Assembly (NCBI GenBank): GCA_001780725.1
Contig: MFIM01000005.1
Coordinates: 2,127 to 66,126 of the forward strand
Reading direction: 5' to 3'
DNA length: 64,000 bases
Source of the DNA: Candidatus Giovannonibacteria bacterium RIFCSPLOWO2_02_FULL_45_28
GTDB lineage: Bacteria; Patescibacteriota; Minisyncoccia; UBA11713; 2-01-FULL-45-33
A program made the position numbers and the translations under genes. Positions 63,645-64,000 of this stretch are shown one piece after another; position 1 is the first letter of the stretch, and the number at the start of each line of letters is the position of its first letter. The notes beneath the pieces are model-generated. The model was not told where the DNA came from and searched no databases. It saw only the letters and a list, made by a program, of their open reading frames with translations.

Positions 63645-63974
63645 TTAAAAAAACGTGTAAAACATCGCTTGCGTAACTACAATCTGAAAAAACGTCAGGG
63701 CAAGATGGGGATTAAATAAACGCTGATGTTCTTCTTTAAGCAATTTATTTTTAAAAACCACAAAAAACGGCAATATAAAAAGCCACAACCTTTCCACGTT
63801 TGCCTGAAAAATCCCGATCACAAGAAAAAACAGCAAAATCCACACTCCGCCTTTAAAAAGCAGGTTGCTTTCTTTAAATGTTGCCGGCAACCCTTTAAAG
63901 AAAATGAGCAATGAAGGCAGCCCCAAATAAATCAAAAAGTTCACAATATTCATTAAAACATAAATAAAATACAT
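63645..63974 (-). CDS. hydrophobic membrane protein, possibly N-terminally truncated by window edge
   Basis: 109 aa with three or more hydrophobic segments. The reading frame is open up to the window end. Confidence 0.3.
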   Translation of the reverse strand: MYFIYVLMNIVNFLIYLGLPSLLIFFKGLPATFKESNLLFKGGVWILLFFLVIGIFQANVERLWLFILPFFVVFKNKLLKEEHQRLFNPHLALTFFQIVVTQAMFYTFF

Positions 63975-64000
63975 TCCAACAGACTCAAAATTGCTTCCTA

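Noticed and set aside
1-64000. Searched by eye for tRNA/rRNA genes, IS elements/transposases, integrases and CRISPR arrays
   Set aside because: Found no tRNA-like structured stretches, no rRNA-like conserved blocks, and no transposase, integrase, DDE or tyrosine recombinase motifs. The only mobile-type modules are the TA pair and the R-M pair, reported in the findings.

Overview
This 64 kb window is about 42% GC and almost entirely coding, with roughly 65 protein genes, about 85% of them on the minus strand and many with overlapping stop/start codons (ATGA/TAATG junctions). I saw no rRNA, tRNA, CRISPR array or transposase. The window reads as one continuous glycan-biosynthesis and modification island, with gene content and compaction reminiscent of an uncultured, small-genome bacterium. 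(1) A pseudaminic-acid (Pse/Sps-type) block: PseB, PseC, PseH, a GT-B PseG/SpsG-like protein and an SpsF-type cytidylyltransferase. (2) A tightly overlapping second nonulosonic-acid operon: SDR dehydratase, DegT, FemAB-like enzyme, NeuC, NeuB, methyltransferase, NeuA. Its head carries a PAPS-sulfation module: a sulfotransferase, APS kinase CysC, and a single ORF fusing a pyruvate-kinase catalytic domain to ATP sulfurylase. A CysQ-like PAP phosphatase lies elsewhere in the window. (3) Two Capsule_synth (KpsC/KpsS-like) proteins that are candidate ulosonic-acid transferases, plus an MsbA-like ABC exporter. (4) A dTDP-sugar branch: RmlB, RmlD, RmlC-like cupin, C-methyltransferase, FdtA/FdtB-like pair, WecE/WecD-like pair and a carbamoyltransferase. 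(5) A GDP-heptose branch: transaldolase, GmhB, GmhA, nucleotidyltransferase and a GHMP kinase. (6) Three polyprenyl-phosphate-type GT2s plus two paralogous polytopic, GT-C-like membrane proteins. (7) At least 11 SAM methyltransferases. Selfish modules sit inside the island: a HepT/MntA toxin-antitoxin pair next to a decayed mini-copy of the adjacent transaldolase gene, and a type II R-M system (C5 methyltransferase plus HNH nuclease) splitting the heptose genes. A (GA)7 tract immediately after an ATG that overlaps the upstream stop leaves a methyltransferase out of frame, a candidate phase-variation switch. All functional calls rest on motif recognition by eye, with no database searches run.
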